The position numbers were made by a program, and so were the translations under genes. The notes under the pieces were generated by a model, which saw only the letters and a program-made list of their open reading frames with translations, did no database searches and had not been told where the DNA came from. A DNA stretch of 63,425 bases, the filler included, from Octopus bimaculoides (taxonomy: Eukaryota), in assembly GCF_001194135.2 (NCBI RefSeq). It is 8 parts of 8 records of this genome, joined end to end, with 100 filler letters (N's around TTAATTAATTAA, not from the genome) between each part and the next. Parts side by side here need not be neighbours in the genome. Positions count along the whole stretch, not along the records: positions 1 to 9,862 come from NC_068981.1; positions 9,963 to 27,808 come from NC_068999.1; 6 more parts are not named here. One strand, given 5' to 3'. How positions within the stretch are numbered: the first letter of the stretch is position 1; every line of letters begins with the position of its first letter. Positions 1 through 13,112 of the stretch are shown in pieces.

Positions 1-341
1 ATATATATATATATATATATATATACATACATATATGTATACATACATACACGCATACATGCATACAGACACACGCACATATATATACACAAACACATAT
101 CCACACACACATGCACCTAACATACAAAGTTCTTTTTTACTTAAGTGAAACAATTCATTTCGTGAATGAAATCCGAGCTCGAGACCGAATTCACTTGGAA
201 CTTAGCGACGAAATAGGCTGTCACTTTCTCTCTCTTGCACCTCTCACTACTACCTCCACAACTTTCACAATGACGACGACCACCACCTTTACTGTGTCTT
301 TGATGTTAGGCAATATAAAGAAAACGGTGGGTGTCTCCGGC

Positions 342-448
342 TGACGTCACATTTCGTATTAAGAAGATGTGACTGGAGGGCGTGGGTGTGGTATTCGAAA
401 CCCATAATATTCCGGTGTGTCACCATTTATCAATTAAAGTATAAATAG
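342..448 (+). promoter_or_regulatory. Candidate promoter/enhancer motif cluster
   Basis: TGACGTCA (342-349), GGGCGTGGGTGTGG, CCATTTATCAATTA and TATAAATAG (440-448) in non-repetitive DNA. Motif-only support. Confidence 0.3.
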
Positions 449-1266
449 AACCAGACTTAGGTTCATCTGTCACCGATAGCTCTGTTTTCTGACAGCGACA
501 TATGTGAGGCTGTTAGAAAAAAAAAATATCGTCACCACCCACTTCACTCACTTTTGATTGTAAACTGCCAAAATGGACGATTTAGCTTAAAGAATTCAAT
601 GGCTTTTGAAATTCAGTGCCTTGGTAGAACGATCGTAAAAATGTATGGTGAATGAACTCTGACCGGGTTCCGATTTCAACCTTTCGTTTTTATTTACAGT
701 GCGAGTGGTTTGAGAGGAAAGCGGGTACGTTGTAACTACTTCCTATGCAATTCCAAAGGGATGTATTTTAGACATAGCTAACATGATTTAGGAAACCAGC
801 CAGAGAACATCTACATGGTCGCTAGACCTAATTGAAATAGCAACGAAATCTGTTTTAAATCTCACCTTCTCCTCACCTTCGAAGGTGGAGGTGGGGTCGG
901 GGGTGGGTGATATATGATTTTTTTTACATAAGTACGAAAAAAATTGAGAAATTGATGGAAGGGTATAATCGTCTATATCGACCCTTGTATTTGATTCCTT
1001 TATCTTATCGACCCTTGAAGGATAAAGGATAAAAAAGCTGTTTACTTCGATGAGATTTAAAGCTCAGAGCGTAAAAAACTGTCACTATATACTGCACGAT
1101 ATTTTGTCCGTTGCTCAAAATATTTTGACAATCTACCGTCTTATGACTGAAAAATAGAAGATGGCTCCTTACGGTTACAACGAATCTCATCATACATTCA
1201 TGCGACCAGGTCTATCTGGGGCTGTGCTGCTGCTGCTGCTACTACTACTACTACTACTACTACTTA

Positions 1267-1316
1267 GTAATTTCTGAAAGTAGTAGTAGTAGTCTACTAC
1301 TACTTTCAGAAATTAC
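1267..1316. repeat. Perfect 23-bp inverted repeat with 4-nt loop
   Basis: GTAATTTCTGAAAGTAGTAGTAG-TAGT-CTACTACTACTTTCAGAAATTAC. Confidence 0.9.
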
Positions 1317-4300
1317 GTAAATTCCTGAGATGTATTATTGCTAAAATAACTTCAAAATTCCGTTTTCGGAATTCTTTGTTATTTAATATTTCTTCAAGGG
1401 AAAGTAATCACGCTGATAAAACTATGCGATATGAAACAGGATAGACTCGACTGAATCAGGGTGTGTCAAATGACTACGACCATTAATAGTAGAATACGAG
1501 CCATATATCTCCTGATAAATAAACTTCCAGCATCAGTGCAATACCTTAAAGAATGACAAGTACAATAAAATGTCACAATCTTGTGTAAACAAAAGAAATT
1601 ATTTATAAGAGCTAACGAGAGAGTTTTCTAGAAATGTCAGTAAAATTTCATTCAAATCAAACCCTACCATCTTACAAATGAAGGATACTTTAGATAAAGT
1701 GGTCCTAGAAACAGCACGTTTGAATAAAAGATGGGGTTTTCACAATTGGAACGCTTATAATAATGTCTTTTTGATCAGGGTTAATCTTAGGCGACACAAC
1801 AGAAACAAAAGAATATTCTGAAACAGAAAAAATATGATCTGTTTTAACCCTCTATTCTTTAGGAACGTAAAATCTAGTAATGTGGAGAACTTCTATTTCT
1901 TCCTCTCACCATAAGTGCTAAAATACATTTAATAGAAATAATGTAAAGGTCAGTTTCAGTTGCAGTCGTACGTGGAAATTATAATTAAAGTACAAATGGT
2001 TAGAATATCCCGACGATCACAAATATAACTAAAATCTCGAGATCCTAAACAATTCAAAGAGGGTGATTATGTGAGGGTGTCGTTTATCACGCACTGGCAA
2101 AAACAAGAGATGACAAAAGGAAAAAATAAATAAAAACAGAAAAGGGCTGTAGAGGTCACATAGAAAACAACGTTATTACACTAACTTACTCTGAAATATA
2201 TGCAAGAATTCGATGGCTTTGTCAAAATATATTTGGCTTCTAGAAAAGAATAGCAAAAATAATGAAGCGATGAAGTAGCTTAACAAAGAGGTAGCCTAAG
2301 TTTATGCTAGAACTGCCAAAAGTTGTGAACTTTGCTCTATAGAGATCTACAATATCGCGACACAAGAATTATAAGTTAATCAACAAAAAGCAAGAATCAA
2401 TCTCGAAATATAGACATACGGAAAAATACATAAGAAATTCGACAAGTTACCAGACAAGCAATATCACTGCGATCGTCGCAAGACAGCCATAATATACTAA
2501 ACTAAACAGAAAAAAAAGCTTGTAAAAAAATGATACATAGCATATCAATATGATGAATCTTTAATACCTAGAGAAAACTCGGAGTGTGAAGTTTGTGAGA
2601 TATTGATTTCCTCATATACATATGAGTATGTGTGTGTTTGTGTGTGTGTGTACACACACAAATTTATGTATATATAAGTATACATATGTACCATACATAG
2701 ATCTCCACTCTCTGTGTCTCTCTCACTTCCCCCCTCTCTCTTTGTGAGTGTATGTGTGTGTGTGCGTACAATCAATTGTATTTTCGAAACATAGTCTTAA
2801 AGAATCAGTCGCAGGAAATTGGTTTTGAACGTATACTGCGTAATAACGATGAAATAAAGAGATCGGAACTTCTAACAATTTAAATCTTTCCGGAATATAA
2901 GCATTAAAAAAAAATCATACTACTAACTGAATAGAAAGTATTTCATAGCAAACAATTTTCTTAACCATTTTTAGCCAATTAAAAACATTTTCTACTGTGT
3001 TCTATACCCCTCTCTGAACTTTTAATGAACTATTTCGCGAATTCTCAACATTATTTTATAATTCCCATGAGCATAACTACTCATGTTCATACAATCATTT
3101 CTTAAACCCAGACCGTTTATCTAAGAAATTTTTCGCGAAGATCAAATAGTCTAATGTTTCAGTTATTACTTTATATAATTTTTTTAACAAGCATTTATTC
3201 GAAATATTTTGATTTTCAAAAGATGTAAAATATTATCCATACTTAAAAAAGAACATTTCTTAAAACGAAAATTTTCTTTTCAGTTGTTTAATCATTTTTC
3301 TTCTTAAAAAGATCAGCTGTTTTAGAACTGAAATACTTTTTATAATATTTAAGTATTTTTATTTTCAACTTTAATAAGATTTTGTGAAATATTTAATAAA
3401 TTTGTTAGCTTTAATTACTTTTTTCTTAAATCAGTTTCAGCAAGGTTTACACATATTTTATAAAACCTAAATTAATTTTATAATATTTTTTTCCCAAATA
3501 GATCTTTGTCTCCACTACACATTTTTAGACATACTTTAATAATTCCTTGCGTCTCTGAATATTTGTTATGAAAGCTGCAACAGTTTCCGTCAAACCCACA
3601 GAATTTTGATAGTTCTTAAAAGTTTCTAAAACATTTAAATACATTATGTAAATTTTAAGACAATGGTTATTGTGTTTTCCTCAATAGAAGTTCAATTTGT
3701 GTTGAAGTAGAGATAAAAGAATAAGAGAAAGGAAGAGAGAAAAAAAAAACGAAAGAGTAATAGGAAGAATAAAGAGTCGCATCAGAATTATTAGGATAAA
3801 ACTTACTTGGAAAAGGATGCGTGGCGTTCAATCAATCCACTAAACCTTGTCTCGCGTGTCCTGATTTAAAATCCCAACACCAATAACTGATTCCAGTCTG
3901 AACATTCTAATCTTAAACAGCTTTTAATTAAACCTTAACTCTAGGATTTGCAAAATTCTTTCTAATTTTGGCATAAGACCGGCAGTTTTTGAGTGGAGGG
4001 GGTAAATCGAGTACTTGTCTGATAATTATTTCATCGACCCCGAAAGGATGAAAGGAAATGTCGATATAGGTGGAATTTGAACGAGAACATAAAGCCGTAA
4101 AACGTGGTTAAATATCAGGTGATATTTAATTGCGACTGTCTAATTTTTTTTTTTTTTTAGGAACTGGACTCACATGCCGCCGGCTTTGGCTACTCGTAAA
4201 AGTGGAGGATTGAAGGATCTAGCATAGTAATTCTGAATCATTTAAAATAATTTTTTTTTTTTTGTTTTACTTAGGGACCGCTTTGCTTACTATTTTACTC

Positions 4301-4349
4301 TGGTGAATCACCACAGCTATTCGATGTTTAAAAACAAAAACAGTTTTAT

Positions 4350-5110
4350 TGATACTACTTCGAAATTCGCATTCACATGTATAGGTTTCCAATAATACTC
4401 TCTGGCCGAATGTTTCAGTGGTCGGAAACATGTTATCAATGGAAAACGTTAGAGAAAGAAACGTAATTACAACAATACGATTGAGAATTCCCAATTTACC
4501 ATTTCGCTTGCGGGCACCCGCCTCCAAAATCTTATAAGGGTCCGCCAGGGATCATAAGGATCGCGACTGAAAACCCCTGATTAAGGAGATATTTCTATCA
4601 AATTGACTGGCTCCGTAATGATACTACTTTCAAAATTCGCATTCACTTGTATATGTTTGTATATGTTTGTATTAAGGCCGAGGTCGACTTTGCGTTTCAT
4701 CCTACCGGGATCGATAAATTAAGTACCAGTTGAGTATTGGGGTCGATGTAATCGAATATTCCCTTCCCCCAAATTTCAGGCCTTATGCTTATAATAGAAA
4801 GGATTTGTATAGGTTTGCAATAGCGTTCTCTGACAGAATGTTTCAATAGTCGGAAACATGTTGAACAATGGAACACGTAGTTGTTTTTTGCAATAACATA
4901 CATCTAACGCAAAATGTTTTCATGAAAATTTAAAATACTACTGAGGATCCCCAATTTAGTATTTTGTTTTCGTGTCCCCCCCCCCACCAACATCGTATTA
5001 GGACCCACTCCCCAGGGATCATAAGGATCTCGGTTGGAAACCCCTGATTTAGCAGATTTTTCTATCAGTTTGACAGACCCCGGAATGAATGTCTCTTGTT
5101 GAATTAACTT
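4350..5110. repeat. Diverged tandem pair of ~270-bp units with hAT-like end motif; second unit interrupted by a SINE fragment
   Basis: Shared blocks TCGGAAACATGTT, CCCAATTTA and CCAGGGATCATAAGGATC..AAACCCCTGATT occur at ~4420-4580 and ~4850-5050. The reverse complement of GGTTGGAAACCCCTG resembles hAT TIRs. Confidence 0.5.
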
Positions 5111-5140
5111 CCGTTGAGTACCGCACGTTGACCATTGATA

Positions 5141-5492
5141 GGGTAAGGGTAAAGACCCACTTCGGTCATGAATGACCATGGGATTGCATTTAGAAAGTTA
5201 CCCTCCGAGGCACAAGTCAGGGCAAAGTTGTTTATGGAAGACTAGCAGTCGCCCATGCATACCAGCTTCCCCTCTCCACACCACTGATGTTATCCAAGGG
5301 AAAGGCAAAGGGGCCGATACAGCTTGGCACCTGTGACGTCGCAACTCATTTCCACAGCTGAGAGAACTGGAGCAACGTGAAATAAAGTGTCTTGCTCAAG
5401 AACATAATAAACAGCCTGGTCTGGGAATCGAACTCACTACCTCATGATTGTGAGCCCGACATTCTAACCTAACCATTGAGCCATGCGCCTTC
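5141..5492 (-). mobile_element. tRNA-derived CORE-type SINE with distinct (RTE-like) tail
   Basis: Minus-strand head GGCGCATGGCTCAATGGTTAG, B-box-like GAGTTCGATTCCC, core CTTGAGCAAGACACTTTATTTCACG, tail ending GACCGAAGTGGGTCTTTACCCTTACCC. Confidence 0.7.
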
Positions 5493-6116
5493 ACTGACCA
5501 TTGACATAATAACCGATTCAGCTGATTAATACGCTACGCCCACTTTGTAGCGTATAATATAATAAATATCAATTGACTTGTGTAAATCTTGTTTCATCTA
5601 AATTATCAAATCTGAAGAGTTTATCAAGCCTAAGCAATTGTTTTGTCATATTTAAGGAGTTTTCTTCACCAGTAAATAATACACGCGTACACCACACATT
5701 CGTCAAAACACACATGTATAGGCACGAACACAAACATGCACGCACGTGTTGTGTGTATGCAGTAATTATACGACATACACCATTAAGTATATCTCATACG
5801 CTTGCAAGGTTATTGCCTACGTATTTAATGGTATTCATTACACGTGTTATGGAATCGTCGACACGTGTGTGATATTGCCCGCATCCACATCTAAACTGTG
5901 TATCAAATGTATATATTTTATTGTACACGCGTATACGACATGGTAGACACGTGTAATGTATGGTGTGTACGCGTGTGCGTGTGTGGGTGTGTGTGTGTGT
6001 GTATTATGTACACGTGTGCACGTGTGAGTTGTAAACTACGTATGTACACATTATATAGTCATCACCACTCCCTCTCTATGCATTTAATATTTTCACGCCC
6101 ATTTTCATCCTGATCG

Positions 6117-6496
6117 TTGTCTTCGTCTTTGGTGCCGTCGTCGTCGTCGTCATCGTCGCTGCCATCGTCATCGTCTTCGTCGTTGCCGCAGCCGCCGCCG
6201 TTACCACAGCCGCCACCGCCGCCGCCACCACTACTATCACCGCCACTACCACCACTGTCGTCGTTGTCTTCTTCCCCTCGTCCTCTCCTCTTCTCTTTCT
6301 CCTCCTCTTCTCTTTCTCCTCCTCTTCACTTTCTCCTCCACTTCACTTTCTCCTCCTCTTCTCTTACTCCTCCTCTTCTCTCTCTCCTCCTCTTCTCTCT
6401 CTCCTCCTCTTCTCTTACTCCTCCTCTTCTCTTACTCCTCCTCTTCTCTCTCTCCTCCTCTTCTCTTTCTCCTCCTCTTCTCTTTCTTCTCCTCTC
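6117..6496. repeat. Low-complexity (TCG/CCG/CCA) and CT-rich repeats
   Basis: Simple repeats that produce the spurious poly-Ser/Pro/Leu ORF. Confidence 0.8.
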
Positions 6497-7115
6497 NNNN
6501 NNNNNNNNNNNNNNNNNNNNNNNNNNNNNNNNNNNNNNNNNNNNNNNNNNNNNNNNNNNNNNNNNNNNNNNNNNNNNNNNNNNNNNNNNNNNNNNNNNNN
6601 NNNNNNNNNNNNNNNNNNNNNNNNNNNNNNNNNNNNNNNNNNNNNNNNNNNNNNNNNNNNNNNNNNNNNNNNNNNNNNNNNNNNNNNNNNNNNNNNNNNN
6701 NNNNNNNNNNNNNNNNNNNNNNNNNNNNNNNNNNNNNNNNNNNNNNNNNNNNNNNNNNNNNNNNNNNNNNNNNNNNNNNNNNNNNNNNNNNNNNNNNNNN
6801 NNNNNNNNNNNNNNNNNNNNNNNNNNNNNNNNNNNNNNNNNNNNNNNNNNNNNNNNNNNNNNNNNNNNNNNNNNNNNNNNNNNNNNNNNNNNNNNNNNNN
6901 NNNNNNNNNNNNNNNNNNNNNNNNNNNNNNNNNNNNNNNNNNNNNNNNNNNNNNNNNNNNNNNNNNNNNNNNNNNNNNNNNNNNNNNNNNNNNNNNNNNN
7001 NNNNNNNNNNNNNNNNNNNNNNNNNNNNNNNNNNNNNNNNNNNNNNNNNNNNNNNNNNNNNNNNNNNNNNNNNNNNNNNNNNNNNNNNNNNNNNNNNNNN
7101 NNNNNNNNNNNNNNN

Positions 7116-7116
<1 letters not shown>

Positions 7117-7179
<63 letters not shown>

Positions 7180-7338
7180 ACAAACGGATTGATAAAAAGT
7201 GAGACAGATTGACACGAAGACAGATAGATAAATAGATGGTTAGATACATTGATAGATAGATACACAGACAGATGAAGAGACAGACAAACAGAAAGAAAGT
7301 AAAAAAAGAAAGAAAGAAAGAACAAAGAAAGAAAGAAA

Positions 7339-7403
<65 letters not shown>

Positions 7404-7508
7404 CAGAGAGTAAGGGAGAGAAATCAAAACAACTAGAGAGCTTGAGAGAGAGAAAGACAAAGAAAGAGAGAGGGAAAGAAAGAAAGAAAGAAAGACAGAA
7501 AGAAAGAC

Positions 7509-7551
<43 letters not shown>

Positions 7552-7553
7552 GA
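7117..7553. repeat. (GATA)n/(GAAA)n microsatellites
   Basis: Seen directly. Confidence 0.9.
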
Positions 7554-8518
7554 GACGTTAGTGATGTCTTAACGAACAGAAGGTTGATCCACGCAGGAAA
7601 GTAATAATTAAAAAATAAAACTTCTCCAAAGAAAAGGGAAACAATATTCAAAGAGAACTAAGACAAAATAAATAAATAAATAAATAAACAAATAGACGTG
7701 TCGTCTCATGTTACAAGAGTTCTTTGACCGAATGTTCATCCCTGCCGGCTAATCTATATGGACGAGGGAGTAACTGAAAGCCTAGATTGAAAAAGAAAAA
7801 CATAATGCGAGGGAGGTGCAAACGTTTTTCATGGCTGACAATTCACTAAAACAGACGACAGCTAAAACAAACGTCAGAGAGAACTCCTACCTACACTCAG
7901 GCCATAAAGTCCACACCCACTCCGAAGGATTCTTTGCTGTTGTCGTTAGTATTACCTTGTTTGTGTTTTGTAGTTGTTATTCTGTTTTATTTTTTTCATA
8001 TCCGACACTCGTCTGCTTCCGCAAACACCGTTTGTGTACGTACACTTATAAACATACAACAACACATATATTCATATATGCATGCATCCATATATACACA
8101 CAAACATGCACACATCTATGTAATGATGGGTTAACTGTGTTTTGTTTGCATGTTATACTGTACTGCAGGATATGTCTATAGACTTTTAGCTAACATTGTA
8201 TGAAACACAGATGTAAACAATATTGAAACAAAACATCGTTAACACACAATAATTTGTTAATCAAAGTAACTATCAAGAATGCATTATATATGCAAAATTA
8301 GTCTTTCTAACTGGCTAGGAGCTACGAGTAATAGTGGATTTAAAATCAGGTTTAAAGTTCAAAGGACTACGTAGTCCCAGATGAAATCACAACACACGAC
8401 TGAAACAACACCGGCTGGCTTCTTTTCCTGTGCCAACAAATATATATAAAGAGGTGTTTACGCTTGTCAACAGATAGAGTGATAGTGTTGGCAAAAATGC
8501 AATATATATTTCAGAAGA

Positions 8519-8554
<36 letters not shown>

Positions 8555-8561
8555 ACATATA

Positions 8562-8770
8562 TATTCTTTTACTTGTTTCAGTCATTTGACTGCGGCCATT
8601 CTAGAGCACCGCCTTGAAGGGTTTTGGTCGAAGAAATCACCCTCAGGACTTATTCTTTGTAAGTCTTGTACTTTATTCTATCGGCCTCTTCGCCGAACCG
8701 CTTAGCCGCTAAGTTACTGGGACATAAACACACCAACATCGGTTGTCAAGCGATGGTAGCAGGGAAGAAA
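8562..8770 (-). mobile_element. 3' half of the 49797 SINE family
   Basis: Reverse complement of the tail block. Other 3' fragments lie at 27909-28074 (+) and ~45465-45652 (-). Confidence 0.7.
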
Positions 8771-8774
8771 CAGA

Positions 8775-8876
<102 letters not shown>

Positions 8877-9538
8877 TATTTGTTGCTTATACTTTATTTA
8901 TCTCACCTCCATTTTATGTTTCCACCATTTTGTGTCGCAGTAATGCACAAAAGCAGTATATATATTTTTGATTGTATGTAGATTTTCGTGATTCTGTTAC
9001 CACAACAGATGAGGAAAACAATATTAATAAGTTACTATAAATGGGATGAAAAGAAAACAAGAAGTACTGACGATAATACATCAAATGAAGAAATAGATTA
9101 ATATGCAACTAGCGGGAACTGAGGAAATTCTTCATTATAAATCAGCATCTTTGAAAACATTATGCTAATATATTGAACACAAGTAAGATATTTCAAAGAA
9201 TTATTTTGAAATCCTGCTACTTAATCAAAACTGACCTTTCGTACATAATTGAAATGAACTTAGAAGCTATTGCTTATTTACCTTCTTTTAATATATATGA
9301 CAGTTACGATGTAATTTAAATAAAAATAGATAAAAGATGAATTAAAAAGATATAACTTATTCATATGTATGAAAAAAAAAATAGACTACACTTTCCGTTG
9401 TTCAACCATCTCTAAAGTTCACTCCTACTTCTTCACCAATTGAGATTACTTTCATTTCATTTCAGTTCAGCTACCTATCTATTTGTATTTCTATTAATAT
9501 ATCTATCTGCATATCTATTGATATATCTGTAGACTCAC

Positions 9539-9604
<66 letters not shown>

Positions 9605-9862
9605 CTATCATGGACGGACGGTAAGTTTTGCCTTTTTTGCTTCTAAAAAGTTTGTTTCTCAGTAATATTTTATATACAAAAGCTGTGCAACAACTGACAT
9701 ATTCAGTTGTGCAACTTGTTTGCACGGGAAATCTGCCCTGTGTGGCGAATTCCCCATTTTTGTTAAATTTATTTTCGGCTTTCTTAGCCATTTTATTTTG
9801 AGAATGGCGATTCCAAGCCATGTGACGAACGCCGGTCTGTTTGGCCACTCGTACGCAATAAC

Positions 9863-9962
9863 NNNNNNNNNNNNNNNNNNNNNNNNNNNNNNNNNNNNNN
9901 NNNNNNTTAATTAATTAANNNNNNNNNNNNNNNNNNNNNNNNNNNNNNNNNNNNNNNNNNNN
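9863..9962. other. Artificial scaffold join (44 N + TTAATTAATTAA + 44 N)
   Basis: Identical 100-bp structure at seven sites; the linker has stops in all six frames. Confidence 0.92.
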
Positions 9963-10028
<66 letters not shown>

Positions 10029-10869
10029 CGCGCGCGTATGAATGTGCGTGTGTGTATCTGTTTGTGCATTCCATATGTGTGCATATTTTCTGTCTAGAAA
10101 TTCCATATGGAGAATCCTTAGAATGCCTGATAGACGTTCACTGTACTAGCAATCTATTGTATTTGAAGAATCTGAATCAATTTGCCATGTCTTCATTCTT
10201 GGATAACTCCAGAATTTTAAGCTTTCTTATGCAAATCTGTTATCACATAGCTCAGTTCACTAATGATAACACTGTGTAACAAAATATTTATTTTATTTAT
10301 TTATTTATTTATTTATTTTTGGCCTTTAGTCAGTAATTGTTATTTCCTATTTGCTTTTATCTAGAAACCAAAGGAAATTACAAAAATTCCCTTCAAACTT
10401 TGCTTTTATGACCTGGACCTCAATGCTTTCAAACTGACCTATTTTCCATTACATTTCAGACAGATTCAACGCTGAGTTGCTGAAGTAGAAATATCATTAT
10501 AGCAAATATTCTGCTCAATACCACAGATTTGCTTGTCAGTTGCTAGCTTGATCATAAACACTTGAGAATGTCCCTTAGTAACTGGTAATATGTGCATCTC
10601 TGATCATGAGCAGGAGTAGTGGAGGAATATCATAGCCATGTGTTGAGAGGGATTCTTTTGGCGTTTGAATAAATGTAACAAAAGCAAAGTGTGAAGGAAA
10701 CATTAGCCATTTTTCATACTTTCTTGGGGGTAAGCAAATAGGAAATAACAGTTGCTGCCTACGGACAAAAATCGTGTTGCACAGTGTAATAGGTACGAAA
10801 GAAAACCTATAGACTAGATATAATAGCTACAAAGTTCTCATTAGTTTCCCCACGGATGTTATTTACCTA

Positions 10870-11198
10870 AGTATTAGATGAGACAATTCACATCCCTCAA
10901 GTAGCTGATCTCAACAGCAGTACTAGATTTTTGCTCTCTGCCATATAGAACAATATCTGACCTATTGGTTTTACACTGAGTTCTTGTTTTATTGGAACAT
11001 CCCTAACCTTGAAGAAGTAACCAAAGATATTGCCCAAATAAACACAAATAAACTGTTGGAAATAACCTGGTTTTGCAAGCAAAAGTGTAGAATTTTTCAA
11101 ATGGAGTGATTCAGAGCTTCCTGATCTATTTCATGAAGTGTATGTTTTGGTCTGGGATAAAGAAGCTCTTCACCCAGTCTTTGAGAAACGTGCTACTC

Positions 11199-11233
<35 letters not shown>

Positions 11234-11288
11234 NNNNNNNNNNNNNNNNNNNNNNNNNNNNNNNNNNNNNNNNNNNNNNNNNNNNNNN

Positions 11289-11331
<43 letters not shown>

Positions 11332-12200
11332 TCTCTCTCAAAGGAAGATCACAGCGATTTCTGTGAAAATTACCTAGAAATGGTTTTACACCCCGTTGTT
11401 GGGAAGGTATTTTCCAAGGTCCTTCTGAAGTGTTTACAAATACGAATTAGAAAACTTGTTCTTTCTGAATTTCATTTTGGCTTTTACTTTGAATATAGCA
11501 CTGCTGATGAGATATTCAATGTATCTATTCCAATAAGACGTCTGCCCGTTAGCTCAGAAAAATAAACGAACAAAACCTCAGCACCTATCGATGTTTTTTC
11601 GACCTCTAAAAAAAGCATTCACTGTAGTTAATCTGGAAACATTATAGAAGATTCTACTTAAGATCAATTGTTATCATTATTTTGTTTCACTTATTCGATA
11701 TTTACAAGATATAAACGCATGGATGAAGTTCTCTCACAGAGACCAATTTCGGTTACAAATGGTTGAAAACTGGGCTGCATTCTTGCATCAAAGCTTTCCA
11801 GAATCTTTTTTTCAGAAGTTTGAAGGATTGCTTTCAAAACAGTCGCAAATGGAATCTATATTTGTTGTAGGTCTGCTGTTGAACTTTTCAATCTACGTTG
11901 ATTTCATGCAAACACTTAGTCGCTAGTAGCGCTTTTACATGACCTACTCTATGCCGATAATTGTAATCTTGTAAGAGATCAAACTGAACATGATATGCAG
12001 GATCATGTGGACTGCTTCTCCAAAGTATGTTCGTTCTTTGCCCTTAAAATAAGCGTGAATAAGATAGTCAAAATGTACATACCAGCTCCAAGTATACTGT
12101 TCATTGAACTAAATATTCTTGCTTTAAGGTTGTAGATCAGTTCATTCTTTGGTAATACACTCCGTTACAAAGACAGTCTGAAAATTCCTTAAAAGAAACC
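10870..12200 (+). mobile_element. Degenerate RTE-clade LINE, reverse transcriptase region, split by a (CT)n microsatellite and gap
   Basis: Collinear RT motifs occur across frames: IPNLEEVTKDI, EFFKWSDSELPDLFHEVYVLVW, ENYLEMVLHPVVGKVFSKVLL, SEFHFGF..STADEIF, KAFTVVNLETL*KILLKI, ISVTNG*KLGCILA, GIYICCRSAVELFNLR, DLLYADNC (LLYADD), FALKISVNK, KVVDQF. Many stops and frameshifts. Confidence 0.85.
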
Positions 12201-12536
12201 ATTGTAGCAGTATATGATTGGGAAGAAGTATTGTTGTCAAATCCTCTTGAAAAAATATTTCATCTAAATCTGTCACAAATTGATAGGAACAGAAAAGAAC
12301 ACAACACCAAAAACTTGCTAGTACAACGAAATATTTTTATGCATATTATTGCACGCACATACGCAGTTTGTAAAATCTAACAAAAGACATTCTCTTTAAG
12401 CCCGTTACGCCCTGTCCAATAAACGTTTCTTTTAATAATCATTGACGATTTTATATATGTATTCCTTTAGATACAAGCAATACATACATACATACATACA
12501 TACATACATACATACATACATACATACATACATACA

Positions 12537-13112
12537 TACAAATAGTTCCCGGACTAGCTATGTTCACTAAGAAATAATTTATTTACCTAAGCGTGTCGGG
12601 TACTTTCTGCAATTCACTCTTGATCTCGACAACGGTGTTAAAACGGTGACCTTTGATTATCTTCCAACGATCATCATGCACAAGCTGATGAAGTTTCTCC
12701 ACATTTCCGGGGGTGACGCTCGTGGCAGGTCTTCCAGATCGTTCATCGTCTCCCAGAGATATTCTTCCGCTTTTGAAGCGCCCTTGCCACTCGAAACATT
12801 GCGTACACCCATTGCCTCGTGGCCGTAAGCTTGCTGAAGTATGCTCAATGTATTTGTAGCAGACTTCCTAAGTTTAATGCAAAATTTCACGTTGGCTCTT
12901 TGTTCCAACTTGACAAAAATCGCAGACTACAGCATATACGTGATCACGAAAACACAAATTTCACAACTTGCGAAGTAAACACAGCGATGTCACTCGGCAC
13001 CACTGCCTCATGAACGTCACTGGTAGCTCTCACTATGCACGCAACCATATGCTGCCATTTGTTGGCGCGTAACAGAAACACTCCTGGGAACGTTTTGATA
13101 CCACCTTGCACA
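12537..13112 (-). mobile_element. Internally deleted mariner (Tc1/mariner) element
   Basis: Minus strand reads MEQRANVKFCIKLRKSATNTLSILQQAYG, frameshift, QCFEWQGRFKSGRISLGDDERSGRP...VHDDRW, joined directly to C-terminal IKGHRFNTVVEIK. Degenerate TIRs: AATAGTTCCCGGACT at 12541 and reverse-complement CAAAACGTTCCCAGGAGT near 13080-13097. Confidence 0.85.

Noticed and set aside
6117-7460. Long ORFs in the track here and over other gaps
   Set aside because: They are open only because of N runs and simple repeats.
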